From positions 1,771-65,770 of the forward strand of contig CAZDQC010000004.1 of NCBI GenBank assembly GCA_964507245.1: DNA of 64,000 bases, given 5' to 3'. The stretch comes from an uncultured Rhodospirillaceae bacterium. Its GTDB lineage: Bacteria; Pseudomonadota; Alphaproteobacteria; GCA-2731375. Below the pieces are notes generated by a model. The model was not told where the DNA came from. It saw only the letters and a list, made by a program, of their open reading frames with translations, and made no database searches. The first letter of the stretch is position 1. Each line of letters starts with the position of its first letter. The translations under genes were made by a program, and so were the position numbers. This document shows, piece by piece, positions 1 to 11,890 of this stretch.

Positions 1-887
1 CATGGGCACATAACCGGAGGTTAAGCCCTTAGCCATGGTGAAAATATCCGGCTTCACTCCGAACCGTTCTGAGGCAAATCCGGTGCCCATGCGACCGAAT
101 CCGGTTATCACTTCATCAAAAATCAAAAGGATGCCGTGTTTGGCTGTTATCTCCCTTAGCCGTTCCAAATAACCTTTTGGTGGAACGAGTACTCCCGTCG
201 ATCCGGCCATAGGTTCAACCATCACGGCAGCGATGTTTGAAGCATCGTGCAAGGCGATCATAGCTTCCAACTCATCGGCTAAATGGGCGCCCCAATCAGG
301 CTGGCCTCTGGAGAATGCTTGTTTAGCAAGATTGTGTGTATGTGGCAGATGGTCCACGCCGTTTATCAAAGGTCCGAAAAATTTACGGTTTGCGACCATG
401 CCACCCACGGAAATGCCTCCAAAACCAACGCCGTGATATCCCCGTTCCCTACCAATAAGCCTTGTGCGCGTTCCCTCACCCCGTATCCGGTGATAGGCCA
501 ATGCAATCTTCAGCGCAGTATCTGCAGCTTCCGAACCGGAATTGGTGTAGAAAATCCGATCCATACCGTCCGGTGTTATAGTGGCCAATTTCTGTGCTAA
601 TTCAAAAGCCAATGGCTGACTGAATTGAAACGATGGCGCAAACTCTAAGGTCTCCGTCTGAGCCTTGACCGCTTCGACCACCTTCGGGTGACCGTGACCA
701 ATGTTGACACACCATAGGCCGGCCGAACCATCCAATACATCGCGACCGTCATGACTTTTATAATACATTCCCTTGGCCGAGACCAAAAGGCGGGGAGCTG
801 CCTTGAATTCCCGATTTGAAGTAAAGGGCATCCAGAATTGCGACAAATCATTAGGCTGGGATTCGGCGGTGGTTAGGGGCTTATTCA
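1..887 (-). CDS. Class III (omega-amino acid / beta-alanine-pyruvate type) PLP aminotransferase; 3' end truncated by window start
   Basis: Minus-strand translation from ATG at 887 ([11 protein letters not shown]...) runs without stops to position 1. It carries class III aminotransferase hallmarks ([25 protein letters not shown]). A GGAG RBS lies about 7 nt upstream. The short plus-strand ORFs at 233-600 are antisense artefacts. Confidence 0.8.
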
Positions 888-958
888 TGTTAGACTCCAA
901 GAAGGTAGAGGGGCCCACTGTATCAAGGTGCGGGTCCAAGAAAAACCTATAACAAGGC

Positions 959-1996
959 CTAGTGGCGGTCCGGCAGCAGGTCCATGATACCTTCCAGTTG
1001 CGAAATGCGCTGACCAATTTCTATATTATTATCTAAACGCAGCGTCAGAGCGTTGATCCCCGCATCCCGATAGGTCTCGAACCGCTTACGCACCATGTCT
1101 TCGGTCCCAATAGCACTGAATTCGGTGACCATGGCGTCGGGCACCCGGTCGATAGCTGCCTGACGCTTACCGTCCTTCCACAGACGTTGAATGGCGAGGG
1201 CATCATCGGTATATCCCGCCCGCTTGAAAGCATCGTTGTAAAAATTAGTATTTTCGGAGCCCATAGCGCCCATAGAAAATGCGACACCAGGTTTATGAGC
1301 ATTGATCATTTCCTGAACATTTTCACCAATGGCCACATTACATGATGAATGCAATTCTAGATCCGCAAGGCTGCGTCCGGCTTTTTCGGCACCCATCTTT
1401 AGGTAATCGATATGGGCCTCAGGATGATCCGGGGAGAACGACGTACCCAACCAACCGTCGGCAACGGCTCCCGTATACTCCAGTGATTTTGGCCCCAACG
1501 TAGCAAGAAATATTGGGATGTCCCGTGGCGGGTGATCCAGGCGAAGGGATTTACCCTCTCCCCCGGGTAGTGGCAGGGTAAAATGCCTGCCGTCGTAGAC
1601 CACCTTCTCGCCCCGAAAGGCCATCTTAATAATCTCTACGTTTTCCTTCAAACGGCCAAGGGGTCCCTTGTAGGATACGCCTTGCAAGCCCTCGACAACC
1701 TGCGGCCCACTTACGCCTAGCCCAAGAATAAATCGGCCATTACTCAGGTTGGCGAGGGATAAGGCGGTCATCGCCGTCATGGACGGCGTCCGGGCACTGA
1801 TTTGCATAATCCCGGTGCCCAGGATGATCTTTTCCGTTTTTCCCGCTAAGTAGCCCAGAGACGTCACCGCATCATGGCCCCAAGCCTCTGCCGACCATGC
1901 GTAGGCTACACCAAGTTTCTCTGCATGCTGGATGTAATCCACCATGCCAACGACATCGACCCTGTTGTAAGCACCAATGGAAATAGAAATTTTCAT
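959..1996 (-). CDS. LLM-class (luciferase-like) flavin-dependent oxidoreductase
   Basis: 345-aa ORF with a TIM-barrel LLM signature (glycine-rich [10 protein letters not shown] segment, a C-terminal region typical of F420/FMN-dependent LLM enzymes). Confidence 0.8.
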   Translation of the reverse strand: MKISISIGAYNRVDVVGMVDYIQHAEKLGVAYAWSAEAWGHDAVTSLGYLAGKTEKIILGTGIMQISARTPSMTAMTALSLANLSNGRFILGLGVSGPQVVEGLQGVSYKGPLGRLKENVEIIKMAFRGEKVVYDGRHFTLPLPGGEGKSLRLDHPPRDIPIFLATLGPKSLEYTGAVADGWLGTSFSPDHPEAHIDYLKMGAEKAGRSLADLELHSSCNVAIGENVQEMINAHKPGVAFSMGAMGSENTNFYNDAFKRAGYTDDALAIQRLWKDGKRQAAIDRVPDAMVTEFSAIGTEDMVRKRFETYRDAGINALTLRLDNNIEIGQRISQLEGIMDLLPDRH

Positions 1997-2010
1997 AGAT
2001 TGGTCACTGT

Positions 2011-3519
2011 TTATAATTCCGTTGGGACAAATTCCGGTCCTTTTGGCCCAAGTCGCACACCCGGCCGCAAATTTTTATAGGGTAATTTTTCTGGGCGGTC
2101 GACGCTTGCGCCCGGCGCCTCAACAACCAAAATTTGTTCCGCAATATCAGTGAAATCAGCTCGGAAGTGGACACTACTTTTAAGACCAAGAATTTTCTGT
2201 TTGGCTGGTTCGCACCCCAAGTGTCGGAACATTTCTTTATCAGCCGCCTGCATTCGATGCGTGGATACGATCACGGAGACTCCCCCAGAACGCAGTAGTG
2301 CCATGGGTCCTAAATCGGGTTTTGCGCCCTTGTAGAAGGCGCCAGTACAAGTGAATTGGCCGTTACTTAAGGCGACGACCTCAAAGCTGCCTTCATAAGG
2401 CGGATCGCCGTCAGTATAAACCTTGCCGCCCAAGCTGACATCAATCGTCGCGCCTTTGCCTGATGCGTGCGCCTGAGCCGCCGCGGCGCCATCCACCAGT
2501 ACGCCGACGACTGCGCCATCGGCACCCTGCTCGATAAGCGATCGCAACATTCCAGTAGTGTCCGACGTTGCGCCTGCCCCACAATTATCCTGCACATCGG
2601 CCAATACAAACGGCTTATGAGCATTTGAAGCAATTGCCCGAGACGCAGCCTCTCCTGGTGATAACCGCTCCACTTGAAACTCCTCCTCATGCTGCAAAAT
2701 TGCGTCAAACAGAGTATCAACAGCTCGGTCTGCAGTTTCCTGATCGTCACCGTAAGCAACTACAACTGGGCCACAATCCCAGATATCCGCCGGAGGAAAC
2801 CCTGGCGTGAACGACACTGAAAGCACCCCATCCTCTTGCTCCAACTGTGCCAGTTTGTTGTAGACGCCGGCCGTTGGCTCGACCATCGTGCACTGACCGG
2901 TCAACGGCATTAAAAAGGGTATCGTCCGATGGGCCTTGGCAGGCTTCAAATCAGGTGCCGCTAGCATACTATCCAAATATCGTGCGGCGCGAGCACCAGT
3001 ATCCGCCATGTCGATATGTGGATAAGTGCGATAGGCAATTAAGCCGTCACAATTATCGAACATCTGTTGTGTTGTATTGCTATGCAGGTCGAGACTAACA
3101 ACGAGTGGAATTTCAGAGCCCAAATGCGCCCGGACCCTGGACAACAACTCTCCCTCGCCATCCTCAAAATGTTCGCAAACCATTGCACCATGCAAATCAA
3201 GGTAGACAGCATTAAAGGGTGCGGCGTTTTCTAAACCCGTCAAGAGCATCTCTGCGTAGGTTTCAAAAGCATGTTCAGTCACGTGCGCTGATGGAATGGC
3301 GAAACACCACGCAAGCGGGGCCAGTTCATGGCCTCTCGATTGGGCCTCCCCGATAAAGCCCGCTATGGCGATGTTTTTACCAGGCATTACTGTTAAAATT
3401 TCTTCACCGGTAGATAAACCCGGAAAACTTTCTGTCCGGACAAAATCATCCCATGTCGCTTTGACAGGAGCGAATGTATTGGTTTCATGCAGAAATCCGG
3501 CAATGGCTATTCGGCTCAT
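2011..3519 (-). CDS. M81 family metallopeptidase (MlrC/microcystinase C-like, DUF1485)
   Basis: ORF 2011-3567. The internal ATG at 3519 (MSRIAIAGFLHETNTF...) has a GGAGG RBS 5 nt upstream and matches the canonical MlrC N-terminus. Confidence 0.8.
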   Translation of the reverse strand: MSRIAIAGFLHETNTFAPVKATWDDFVRTESFPGLSTGEEILTVMPGKNIAIAGFIGEAQSRGHELAPLAWCFAIPSAHVTEHAFETYAEMLLTGLENAAPFNAVYLDLHGAMVCEHFEDGEGELLSRVRAHLGSEIPLVVSLDLHSNTTQQMFDNCDGLIAYRTYPHIDMADTGARAARYLDSMLAAPDLKPAKAHRTIPFLMPLTGQCTMVEPTAGVYNKLAQLEQEDGVLSVSFTPGFPPADIWDCGPVVVAYGDDQETADRAVDTLFDAILQHEEEFQVERLSPGEAASRAIASNAHKPFVLADVQDNCGAGATSDTTGMLRSLIEQGADGAVVGVLVDGAAAAQAHASGKGATIDVSLGGKVYTDGDPPYEGSFEVVALSNGQFTCTGAFYKGAKPDLGPMALLRSGGVSVIVSTHRMQAADKEMFRHLGCEPAKQKILGLKSSVHFRADFTDIAEQILVVEAPGASVDRPEKLPYKNLRPGVRLGPKGPEFVPTEL

Positions 3520-3629
3520 ACCGCCTCCAATCCACTTGTATTCTCTAAATTTTTCATTCCGACCCACGTCAGATTTCTCACTGCGATAACCACATTTTAG
3601 CTGCCAAGGGTGGTACAGTAAAAATAAGA

Positions 3630-4682
3630 CTAAGAAAGGAACACACCTTTGCCCGTGGTTTGTTGATCGAACAGTTGGTAGGCCTCCTCAGCCTGGTCCA
3701 ACTTCCAGCGATGTGTAAATAGGGCGTCAACATCAATTTTGCGATCGGCGACGAAACGGGCGCACTCCGCTTGACCAATCGAAGAAAATGTCCAGGATGC
3801 AATTATTGTCATTTGTTTTCGGATCATGTCGCGGCTCACATCCAAGGTCACCCTACCGCCCTCGCCAACGTACCCGACGGTCCCCCATGTCCTTGTGCAT
3901 TGCACGGCCGCTAGACGAGCTGATTCCGCCCCTGAACAATCGAGGGCCTTATTTACACCAACGCCGTGTGTCAGATCCTTAATGGTTGCAACCAAGTCAT
4001 CAGCACCAGCATCCAGACAAACTTCAGCACCAAACGTTTTTGCTAACGCGAGGCGTTCCGCACTCACATCCAAAGCGATAACTCTGGAACCCATGGCAGC
4101 GGCTAACTGAACCGCCGACAGGCCCACTGGCCCCTGGCCAAAAACTGCTAGCGTATCTTCGCCACGCAATCCAATTCTGCGCAAGGCACCAAAGGCCGTG
4201 CCCGTACCGCACGAAATAGCGGCGCCAGTTTCGAACGACAATTCATCAGGTAGAGGGACCAGTGTTCGGACGGGTACTTTCATATACTTCGCGTGGGCGC
4301 CATTGCCCGTCGCTCCAAACACAGTGAACCCCTCACCGCACAACTGGGACCATCCGCTGCGGCAATCATTGCAAACACCGCACCCGGAATAATGGTGATC
4401 CATCACCCGTTGGCCAATTCGAGCCTCCGCCTCTGTGACGCCGGGACCAACGTCGGCAACGACGCCACAGGGTTCGTGTCCGGCTATGACCGGACCGCCA
4501 TCACCTCCCAAACCAAGCGCGCTCGTTCCACCGTCCTTGGCGGATGCACGATAAAACTTCAAATCACTGCCGCACATACCCGAGGCCTTAATTTCCAGAA
4601 CAACTTCGCCTGCTGCAGGAATCGGATCATCAAACTGCTGTATCTCAAGTTGTCGGTCACCCAAAAAAACCACACCCTTCAT
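3630..4682 (-). CDS. Zinc-dependent alcohol dehydrogenase (MDR superfamily)
   Basis: GHEPCGVV catalytic-Zn motif, a structural-Zn Cys cluster (CGVCNDCRSGWSQLC), and a GxGxxG Rossmann motif (VFGQGPVG). Confidence 0.85.
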   Translation of the reverse strand: MKGVVFLGDRQLEIQQFDDPIPAAGEVVLEIKASGMCGSDLKFYRASAKDGGTSALGLGGDGGPVIAGHEPCGVVADVGPGVTEAEARIGQRVMDHHYSGCGVCNDCRSGWSQLCGEGFTVFGATGNGAHAKYMKVPVRTLVPLPDELSFETGAAISCGTGTAFGALRRIGLRGEDTLAVFGQGPVGLSAVQLAAAMGSRVIALDVSAERLALAKTFGAEVCLDAGADDLVATIKDLTHGVGVNKALDCSGAESARLAAVQCTRTWGTVGYVGEGGRVTLDVSRDMIRKQMTIIASWTFSSIGQAECARFVADRKIDVDALFTHRWKLDQAEEAYQLFDQQTTGKGVFLS

Positions 4683-4847
4683 CCTGATACCTCCTGATGT
4701 TCGTAACGGCGAAAAGTTGTCGAAGAAATTTCGACCTTCTTTTACCCAATCGAAATCACGTCATCATCCGTAACGACAGTGTACGCATTCAATCCAGGAC
4801 ATGCCGCCTTAAATTCCAAAAAAAATTTGCAAAATATTTTCACAAGA

Positions 4848-6098
4848 TTATCTGTTGCTCCCCAGAAAACCAAATAAATGTCCTGCGATTTTACGGATTT
4901 GTATTTCCTCTGCGCCCTCCGTTATGCGGTAACGGCGATGATGTCGGTAAATATGTTCGAAGGGCTGATTTCTCGTGTACCCCTCCCCACCAAATACCTG
5001 CATGGCCCGGTCGGATGCTTCGCACACAAGTCGGTTTGCCCGGTAGTTTGCCATGGAAACTTGATCGGTAACTGCCATATGATTTTGTTGATCCAAATTC
5101 CATGCAGTTTTGTAGACGAGATTTCTCACCATTTCTGCTTCGGTATGTAACTCCGTTAGAGGAAACTGAATTGCTTGATTGGTAGATAGGGATTTTCCCC
5201 AGGTTACCCGTTCCTTGGCGTAGGCCACGGCCTCATCAATGCAATACTGTGCGGCACCTAGCGATGATGCGGCCTGCCGAATTCGGTTCTCGTGCAAGAA
5301 AGTCTGGGCAACGACCAGCCCATCGCCTTCCTCGCCAAGATAGGATTCCGTACTGTCAGGCATGCGAACATCATTTAATGCTATGCTGCCATGGTCAGTT
5401 GGCATATTGAAGGTCCAATCCATTTTCTCAATATTGAAACCCGAATTCGTGACCGGAACCAAAAAGGCGGTGATGCCCATCCCTTCTCCCGGCTCTCCAG
5501 ACGTCCGGGCGAACACCAAATCATGGGTGGCATCGTGAATTCCTGAATTAAAACGTTTATTACCGTTGATTACCCATTCGTCCCCCAATTTAACTGCCGT
5601 GGTCTCCATATAGGTGGCATCAGAGCCATGATTACGTTCCGTCAGGCCAAACCCGATTCTCCGACTACCCGTAATGAGCGCAGGCAGAAATTCCTCTTTT
5701 TGGGCATCCGTTCCAAACTGCCACATCATATGGACGAGGGGAAAATTACCCACAATCGAAGACTCGTTTTGCAGATCATTGTGTAGGCCAAGGCCCTTAT
5801 GTGCAAAATGTTCCCGGATCATCGCCATGGACAAATTTGACCCGTTCTGACCGCCAATTTCTTTCGGAAGAGCAAATCGTAAATGCCCCTCGGCGTCAGC
5901 GCGTTTTTTCATCTCCTGGAGCAGGGCTTCCCATTCTTTGGTCGGCGTACCACCATTTTCCCAATCGGTACGCGCATGTTCCCGGCGATGGTCAAAGAAT
6001 TGTAAATTTTTCCGCTCGAGGGGTTTTATTTCACGTTCTATAAATTCATCCAGTTCCTTAATTTTATCGAGTATCACTTTGGGAACATTGAAGTCCAT
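4848..6098 (-). CDS. Acyl-CoA dehydrogenase family protein
   Basis: 416 aa with ACAD N-terminal, middle and C-terminal domain signatures (GFGLTERNHGSDA, C-terminal YEGxxEIQ-like region). Confidence 0.85.
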   Translation of the reverse strand: MDFNVPKVILDKIKELDEFIEREIKPLERKNLQFFDHRREHARTDWENGGTPTKEWEALLQEMKKRADAEGHLRFALPKEIGGQNGSNLSMAMIREHFAHKGLGLHNDLQNESSIVGNFPLVHMMWQFGTDAQKEEFLPALITGSRRIGFGLTERNHGSDATYMETTAVKLGDEWVINGNKRFNSGIHDATHDLVFARTSGEPGEGMGITAFLVPVTNSGFNIEKMDWTFNMPTDHGSIALNDVRMPDSTESYLGEEGDGLVVAQTFLHENRIRQAASSLGAAQYCIDEAVAYAKERVTWGKSLSTNQAIQFPLTELHTEAEMVRNLVYKTAWNLDQQNHMAVTDQVSMANYRANRLVCEASDRAMQVFGGEGYTRNQPFEHIYRHHRRYRITEGAEEIQIRKIAGHLFGFLGSNR

Positions 6099-6101
6099 CG
6101 G

Positions 6102-6587
6102 TTAGTCCATCTCTTCTATAACAGTGTGCAAAAGGTCTAATGCACCTTTTGTGAAAACCCACATATTCGCCTCTCGGTCGTTTTTTCCAGTTTCTACCGT
6201 GACGACACGCTCGACGGGTCCGCTGACTGCGAGACAGGTGTGACCAGCTGCATCTCCATATCTGTTGCCGGTCGGTCCTGACGCCCCGGTCTCTGCCAGA
6301 CCCCAAGTCGTACTAAGTTTTGCCCGTATGGATCGCGCGCAAAGCATCGCGTACGGCTCCGACGATGATCGGATCCCTTCCATGGCCTCTTTCGGCACGT
6401 CCAGTAGCCTACCGCGAGCACGGTGGGTATAGATAACGCCTCCGCCCAGGAAATAAGCGGAAGCACCCGGAACGGCCAAGAGGTTTGCGGAAATCAGCCC
6501 ACCAGCAGATGATTCTGAAACCGCAACGGTTTCGCCGCGTTCCTTCAAGATGGCGCCCAATCGGGTTGCCATATCCAATTTACTCAT
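6102..6587 (-). CDS. CinA C-terminal domain protein (nicotinamide-nucleotide amidohydrolase PncC-like)
   Basis: 161 aa. VSESSAGGLISANL matches the CinA/PncC AESCTGGL-type motif. Confidence 0.75.
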   Translation of the reverse strand: MSKLDMATRLGAILKERGETVAVSESSAGGLISANLLAVPGASAYFLGGGVIYTHRARGRLLDVPKEAMEGIRSSSEPYAMLCARSIRAKLSTTWGLAETGASGPTGNRYGDAAGHTCLAVSGPVERVVTVETGKNDREANMWVFTKGALDLLHTVIEEMD

Positions 6588-6834
6588 TTTGAGTCTCCTA
6601 GCTTTTCAAACATTCTGCTCCCATTGTCCGAATGGCTCAATATTTGAGGAAAAATTCGTCCGTCGCTTAACTCCTAATTCCTATCTTATCCAAGACATAA
6701 CGCATCCAAGACAACCTATATACTCAGTGAAATGTGCCCCTGCTGCTAATCGATAATACGATTGTTAAGTTGGGTTTTTTGGGAAAACGCGCTATGAATT
6801 AAATTAGAAACAAAATTGACGAAAGGCCATTCTC

Positions 6835-7779
6835 ATGAGAGCGGATATTGATGTTGAGGTTTGTGAGGTTGGCTTGCGTGATGGGATCCAAGGTATCGAT
6901 CAATTTTTCCCGACAGACAAGAAAATGGCCTGGATTGCTGCCGAAGCGGCAGCGGGTGTAGGCGAAATTGAGGTCTGCTCTTTCGTGCCTCCCAGTGTCT
7001 CAGGTCAATTCATCGATTGTGAAGAGGTAGTCGCCAATGCCTTGACCCACGATGGCCTGACGGTTTCCGCGCTTGTCCCTAATCTGCGTGGGGCGGAAAG
7101 AGGTTTTCCTACCGGCCTTCACAAGTTGAACTTCGTCCTTTCAATTTCAGAAAGTCATAATCAGGCCAATGTGCGGTGCAGCCGAGAAGAATCTCTAGAA
7201 CGGTTCCGGCAGATTGCGGAATTGCGGAACTCGACCGCGGCGAACAAAAAGGTCCAATTAGGGGTGGGTTTAGCGACCGCTTTGGGATGCACCATCGAAG
7301 GCCAAGTGGATCCTGGCGAAATTGTCCGCATCGCCGAAAAAACATTGGAATACGGTGCTGACGAACTTTCCGTCTCCGACACTGTAGGCTATGCCAATCC
7401 CACGCAGGTTCGCGATGTATTTCGGTTGTTGCGCCGGCATCTCGGAGATGACGTGATTTTAGCCGGTCATTTTCATGATACCCGTGGTCTGGGTTTAGCG
7501 AATGTACATGCCGCCCTGGATGAAGGGGTGCGAAGCTTTGATGCCTCGTTGGCTGGATTGGGTGGCTGTCCCTTCGCACCTGGTGCTTCCGGCAATATTG
7601 TCATGGACGATCTAGTTTTTATGCTGGAAGCCATGGGGCTACGAACCGGTGTGGATCTGGAAAAATTGGTGGCCGTTCGTGAAATCGTCGCCGCAGGGCT
7701 ACCGAACGAACCTTTATTGGGGGCCATTGCAAAGGCCGGTGTTCCAAAAGGCTTCAGGCCGGCTGTTGTGGCAGCTTAG
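6835..7779 (+). CDS. hmgL: Hydroxymethylglutaryl-CoA lyase
   Basis: 314 aa with DRE_TIM/HMGL-like signatures (EVGLRDGIQ; GxxExSxSD; HFHDTRGLGLANV; GLGGCPFA). Confidence 0.85.
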   Translation: MRADIDVEVCEVGLRDGIQGIDQFFPTDKKMAWIAAEAAAGVGEIEVCSFVPPSVSGQFIDCEEVVANALTHDGLTVSALVPNLRGAERGFPTGLHKLNFVLSISESHNQANVRCSREESLERFRQIAELRNSTAANKKVQLGVGLATALGCTIEGQVDPGEIVRIAEKTLEYGADELSVSDTVGYANPTQVRDVFRLLRRHLGDDVILAGHFHDTRGLGLANVHAALDEGVRSFDASLAGLGGCPFAPGASGNIVMDDLVFMLEAMGLRTGVDLEKLVAVREIVAAGLPNEPLLGAIAKAGVPKGFRPAVVAA

Positions 7780-8042
7780 GAGTTAAATCCGGATAGCGTC
7801 GTATAAGTACTGATTTTTGCTGTGCACGTCCGCGCTAGTCGCGAACGCCTGGGGGGATATCTTCTCAAATATTACAACCTTGACGTCGAACAATCCGTAA
7901 ACAAGGCATTGGAGGGCGTCCGCAACCTAGCTGCCTGCCGGATTTCAAGTTGGCCTCAGATACTTCATAAGAAAACTGAGTTTTTGACTTCTAACCAACG
8001 AACCAACTTCTCAACCAAAGCCATCATCAGTATTGAATAGGT

Positions 8043-10052
8043 TCATTCCTCTTCTGTTGCGAATATAACCAATTCGGTATCTTCGGTGACCTGCTCTCCT
8101 GTCGTAAAGGGAACGTCTTCGATTAAGGCATCCCTGGGCGCGGTGATGGTATGTTCCATTTTCATGGCTTCAAGAATGAGGAGCGCATCACCCTTTTTTA
8201 CGTTGGAACCAGGTTCCACTAACACCTGAACAATTTTGCCCGGTAGAGGCGCCGTTACCTTTGAACCCTCCTCCATATCTACATTCACCAGGGCCATACG
8301 ATCAACATGTTCAATGCGGTAGGCCCGATCATTGCTGAGGATTGTCACCTTATCCCTATCACGCACAACGGCCGCAGAAACCTTCAGGCCATCCAAATCG
8401 GCCCAAATAGTACCACCCTCGTCCACTTCACCGTCGGCCACGATTTGCCCACCTGGCAGATCAAGACGATAGCCACCGCCCCTTAGATAATGAATCGTCA
8501 CCACTAATTCGCTACCGTCTTGATCAAGGAAAATGAGTTCGTCATGTCCTTGATCGATCAGACGCCAGCCATCCACCCGGTTCCATGGGGAATAGGGGTC
8601 GGCTGGTGCCGCATAACCACGGCGAGACTGCAGTAGATCAAGACAGGCCAGGGCCAGGGCCTGATCGGGGACCGGGCCGGGAACCGGGATCAAATCTTCC
8701 TTGTGTTTATTGATAAAACCGGTTTCCAGATTGCCTGCAACAAAAGACGGATGGCCTACCACGGCAGCAAGGAAATCCACATTAGTAATTACGCCCGCGA
8801 TTTCATAGTTCTCAAGCGCTTTGCCCAAACGACGCAAAGCCGTTGAACGGTCGCGATCCCAGGCAATCAGTTTGGCGATCATGGGATCGTAGAACATCGT
8901 GACTTCTTCACCCTCTCGCACCCCTGTCTCCAGGCGCAAATTGGTGCTTTCGGCAGGTGGTCGCAGCCGATGCAAAGTGCCGGTTGCAGGCAGAAAATTT
9001 TTCTGTGGGTTCTCAGAGTAAATCCGTGCCTCGACCGCGTGGCCGGTAATTGACAGCTCGTCCTGGCTCAACGGAAGCTCATCACCAGCCGCCACATACA
9101 ATTGCCAACTCACCAGATCTTGCCCTGTAACCATCTCAGTCACGGGATGCTCCACCTGTAGCCGGGTATTCATTTCCATGAAATAAAAGGCATCCTCGGA
9201 CAGGCCTTGGCCAATGTCTGCAATGAATTCCACAGTACCTGCTCCGACATAGCCAATGGCCTTGGCAGCCTCGACCGCTGCTTCGCCCATGGCACTACGC
9301 ATTTCTAGTGTAATGCCAGGGGCGGGCGCCTCTTCCAATACTTTTTGGTGGCGACGCTGGATGGAGCAATCACGTTCGAATAGATGAACTATATTGCCAT
9401 GTTGATCGGCAAATATTTGGATTTCTATATGTCGGGACCGCTCGAGAAATTTTTCAACCAACACTCGATCATCACCGAATGACGAAAGTCCTTCTCGGCG
9501 CGCCCCCTTCAAGGCAGCGGCAAACCGGTTCGCGTCATTGGCTTGCCGCATCCCCTTCCCGCCACCGCCCGATACGGCCTTAATTAGGACGGGATAGCCA
9601 ATTTCATCCGCTGCCCTAGTCAATACAGCGTCGTCCTGATTGTCGCCATGATAACCAGGTAAAACTGGAACCTTCGCCTTTTGCATTAGAGCTTTGGCAG
9701 TACCCTTTTCTCCCATGGCTCGGATTGACTTCGCAGGGGGACCGATGAAGATAAAATTGGCTGCCACGCAGGCTTCAGCGAAAGTGGCGTTTTCCGACAA
9801 AAAACCATAGCCCGGATGAATGGCCTCGGCGCCGGTTCGTTGGGCAGCCTCGATGATTTTTTCAATCGACAGATAACTTTCCCGTACGGGCGCCGGTCCT
9901 AGAAAAACAGCCTCGTCCGCCATGGTCACATGCATGGCATTGGCATCGGCTTCTGAAAAGACCGCGACAGTAGAAATTCCCATGCGTTGGGCGGTTCGGA
10001 TAACCCGGCAGGCGATTTCACCCCGGTTTGCAATAAGAATTTTGCTAAACAT
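8043..10052 (-). CDS. mccA: Methylcrotonyl-CoA carboxylase alpha subunit (biotin carboxylase + BCCP)
   Basis: ORF 8043-10100. The ATG at 10052 gives the canonical MFSKILIANRGEIA N-terminus. ATP-grasp and biotin carboxylase motifs are present, and the C-terminal EAMKM biotinylation motif. It lies 13 nt downstream of the carboxyltransferase gene. Confidence 0.85.
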   Translation of the reverse strand: MFSKILIANRGEIACRVIRTAQRMGISTVAVFSEADANAMHVTMADEAVFLGPAPVRESYLSIEKIIEAAQRTGAEAIHPGYGFLSENATFAEACVAANFIFIGPPAKSIRAMGEKGTAKALMQKAKVPVLPGYHGDNQDDAVLTRAADEIGYPVLIKAVSGGGGKGMRQANDANRFAAALKGARREGLSSFGDDRVLVEKFLERSRHIEIQIFADQHGNIVHLFERDCSIQRRHQKVLEEAPAPGITLEMRSAMGEAAVEAAKAIGYVGAGTVEFIADIGQGLSEDAFYFMEMNTRLQVEHPVTEMVTGQDLVSWQLYVAAGDELPLSQDELSITGHAVEARIYSENPQKNFLPATGTLHRLRPPAESTNLRLETGVREGEEVTMFYDPMIAKLIAWDRDRSTALRRLGKALENYEIAGVITNVDFLAAVVGHPSFVAGNLETGFINKHKEDLIPVPGPVPDQALALACLDLLQSRRGYAAPADPYSPWNRVDGWRLIDQGHDELIFLDQDGSELVVTIHYLRGGGYRLDLPGGQIVADGEVDEGGTIWADLDGLKVSAAVVRDRDKVTILSNDRAYRIEHVDRMALVNVDMEEGSKVTAPLPGKIVQVLVEPGSNVKKGDALLILEAMKMEHTITAPRDALIEDVPFTTGEQVTEDTELVIFATEEE

Positions 10053-10065
10053 CGGTGCGTCGGCT

Positions 10066-11673
10066 CTACATCCGAAATACGCCGAACTCGGTTGACTCAA
10101 CCGGGGCGTTCAGCGCTGCGGATAAGGCTAGGCCCAGAACGTTGCGGGTTTCAGCTGGATCAATCAGGCCGTCGTCCCAACCGCGTGCTGTTGCAAAATA
10201 AGGGGAACTTTGCTCCGTGAATTGATCAATGATCGGTTGTTTAAATTCCGCCTCTTCTTCCTCTGACCATTGCTCACCCTGACGCTCCAAACCGGTGCGA
10301 CGCACCGTAGCCAATACACCCGCCGCCTGGTCCGGTCCCATCAATGCCAAGGACGCGCTCGGCCACATCCACAAAAATCGCGGACTATATGCTCGCCCGC
10401 ACATGCCATAATTACCGGCGCCATAAGACCCGCCAATTACCACGGTGAACTTAGGCACCTTGGTTGTGGACACAGCCGTAACCAGTTTGGCGCCATCCTT
10501 GGCGATGCCACCCGCCTCGTATTTTTGCCCGACCATAAAGCCGGAAATATTCTGTAAGAACACCAGTGGAATGCCCCGCTGGCTACAAAGCTCGATGAAA
10601 TGAGCCCCCTTAAGAGCGGATTCAGAAAACAAAATCCCATTGTTAGCGACGATACCCACTGGGTAACCCCAAATATTAGCAAAACCGCATACCAAGGTAG
10701 TACTATACAGACGCTTGAATTCATCAAACTCACTGCCATCCACAATGCGGGCAATGACTTCGTGCACATCGTATGGTTGACGCACATCCTGGGGCAGGAT
10801 GCCGTATAGATCTGCCGGATCATAAACGGGATCTCGGGGCAGTCGGATCTCGATGGATTTCGGTTTTACTCGGTTCAAATTGGAAACAATTCGCCGGGCA
10901 ATTGCTAACGCGTGATGGTCGTTCAGTGCGTAATGGTCGGTGACACCCGAAGTGCGCGAATGCAAATCCGCTCCACCCAAGTCCTCGGCTGATACTTCCT
11001 CGCCGGTGGCAGCCTTGACGAGCGGCGGGCCGCCCAAAAATATAGTGCCCTGTTCTCGGACAATAATGCTCTCGTCGGACATCGCGGGCACATAGGCTCC
11101 ACCCGCAGTACACGAGCCCATGACTACTGCAATTTGGGGAATACCTTTGGCCGACATATTTGCCTGATTGTAAAAAATTCTCCCAAAATGATCCCGGTCA
11201 GGGAAAACATCCGGCCATTCAGGCAGGTTCGCACCGCCAGAATCTACAAGATAGATGCAGGGAAGATGATTTTGTTCCGCTACTTCCTGAGCGCGGACAT
11301 GTTTCTTGACGGTCATAGGATAATAGGTGCCACCTTTGACCGTGGCGTCATTGGCAATTACCAGGCATTCCAGGCCGGACACTCGGCCAATTCCAGTTAT
11401 CACACCCGCCGACGGAATATCCTCCTCATACAAATCCCATGCCGCAAGTTGTTGTAATTCAAGAAATGGAGCGCCGGGATCCAGCAAACAACGGATACGT
11501 TCCCGCGGCAGCAACTTGCCGCGGCCCACATGCCGTTTCCGGGCACGCTCTCCGCCCCCTAAGTTGACTTTAGCCACAGCGGCGCGCAGCGATTTCAGTT
11601 TTTCTTCCATCTGAGTGGCGTTTGCCAGGAAGTCAGACGAGTGGGTTTGAATTTTACTAGTAATCAGCGTCAT
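10066..11673 (-). CDS. mccB: Methylcrotonyl-CoA carboxylase beta subunit (carboxyltransferase)
   Basis: 535 aa acyl-CoA carboxyltransferase with two crotonase-like domains, directly upstream of mccA. Confidence 0.85.
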   Translation of the reverse strand: MTLITSKIQTHSSDFLANATQMEEKLKSLRAAVAKVNLGGGERARKRHVGRGKLLPRERIRCLLDPGAPFLELQQLAAWDLYEEDIPSAGVITGIGRVSGLECLVIANDATVKGGTYYPMTVKKHVRAQEVAEQNHLPCIYLVDSGGANLPEWPDVFPDRDHFGRIFYNQANMSAKGIPQIAVVMGSCTAGGAYVPAMSDESIIVREQGTIFLGGPPLVKAATGEEVSAEDLGGADLHSRTSGVTDHYALNDHHALAIARRIVSNLNRVKPKSIEIRLPRDPVYDPADLYGILPQDVRQPYDVHEVIARIVDGSEFDEFKRLYSTTLVCGFANIWGYPVGIVANNGILFSESALKGAHFIELCSQRGIPLVFLQNISGFMVGQKYEAGGIAKDGAKLVTAVSTTKVPKFTVVIGGSYGAGNYGMCGRAYSPRFLWMWPSASLALMGPDQAAGVLATVRRTGLERQGEQWSEEEEAEFKQPIIDQFTEQSSPYFATARGWDDGLIDPAETRNVLGLALSAALNAPVESTEFGVFRM

Positions 11674-11804
11674 TTCGGGAAGGCCTAGAAAGCACGTGTT
11701 CGGCCAGCATAATTCAAACTTCTAATATTCGCTAGATACTGGAGGCATGCCCATGGTGGCTCTATAAAATATACATAACGTGAAACTCAGTGATTATCTG
11801 GCTA

Positions 11805-11820
11805 TCACACCTAAGTGTGA
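11805..11820. promoter_or_regulatory. Perfect inverted repeat TCACAC-CTAA-GTGTGA upstream of mccB (candidate operator)
   Basis: Read directly from the sequence. It sits in the 217-nt gap between the CoA transferase and mccB, about 130 nt upstream of the mccB start. Confidence 0.3.
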
Positions 11821-11890
11821 CAAAGGGGCTAACTTTTGTTTCGCAGATTAGAATTGCACGTTTAATGCCAGCTGTTCGACACCCTATTAT

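Noticed and set aside
233-600. Plus-strand ORFs 233-436 and 283-600
   Set aside because: They are antisense to a continuous, motif-rich class III aminotransferase reading frame on the minus strand.
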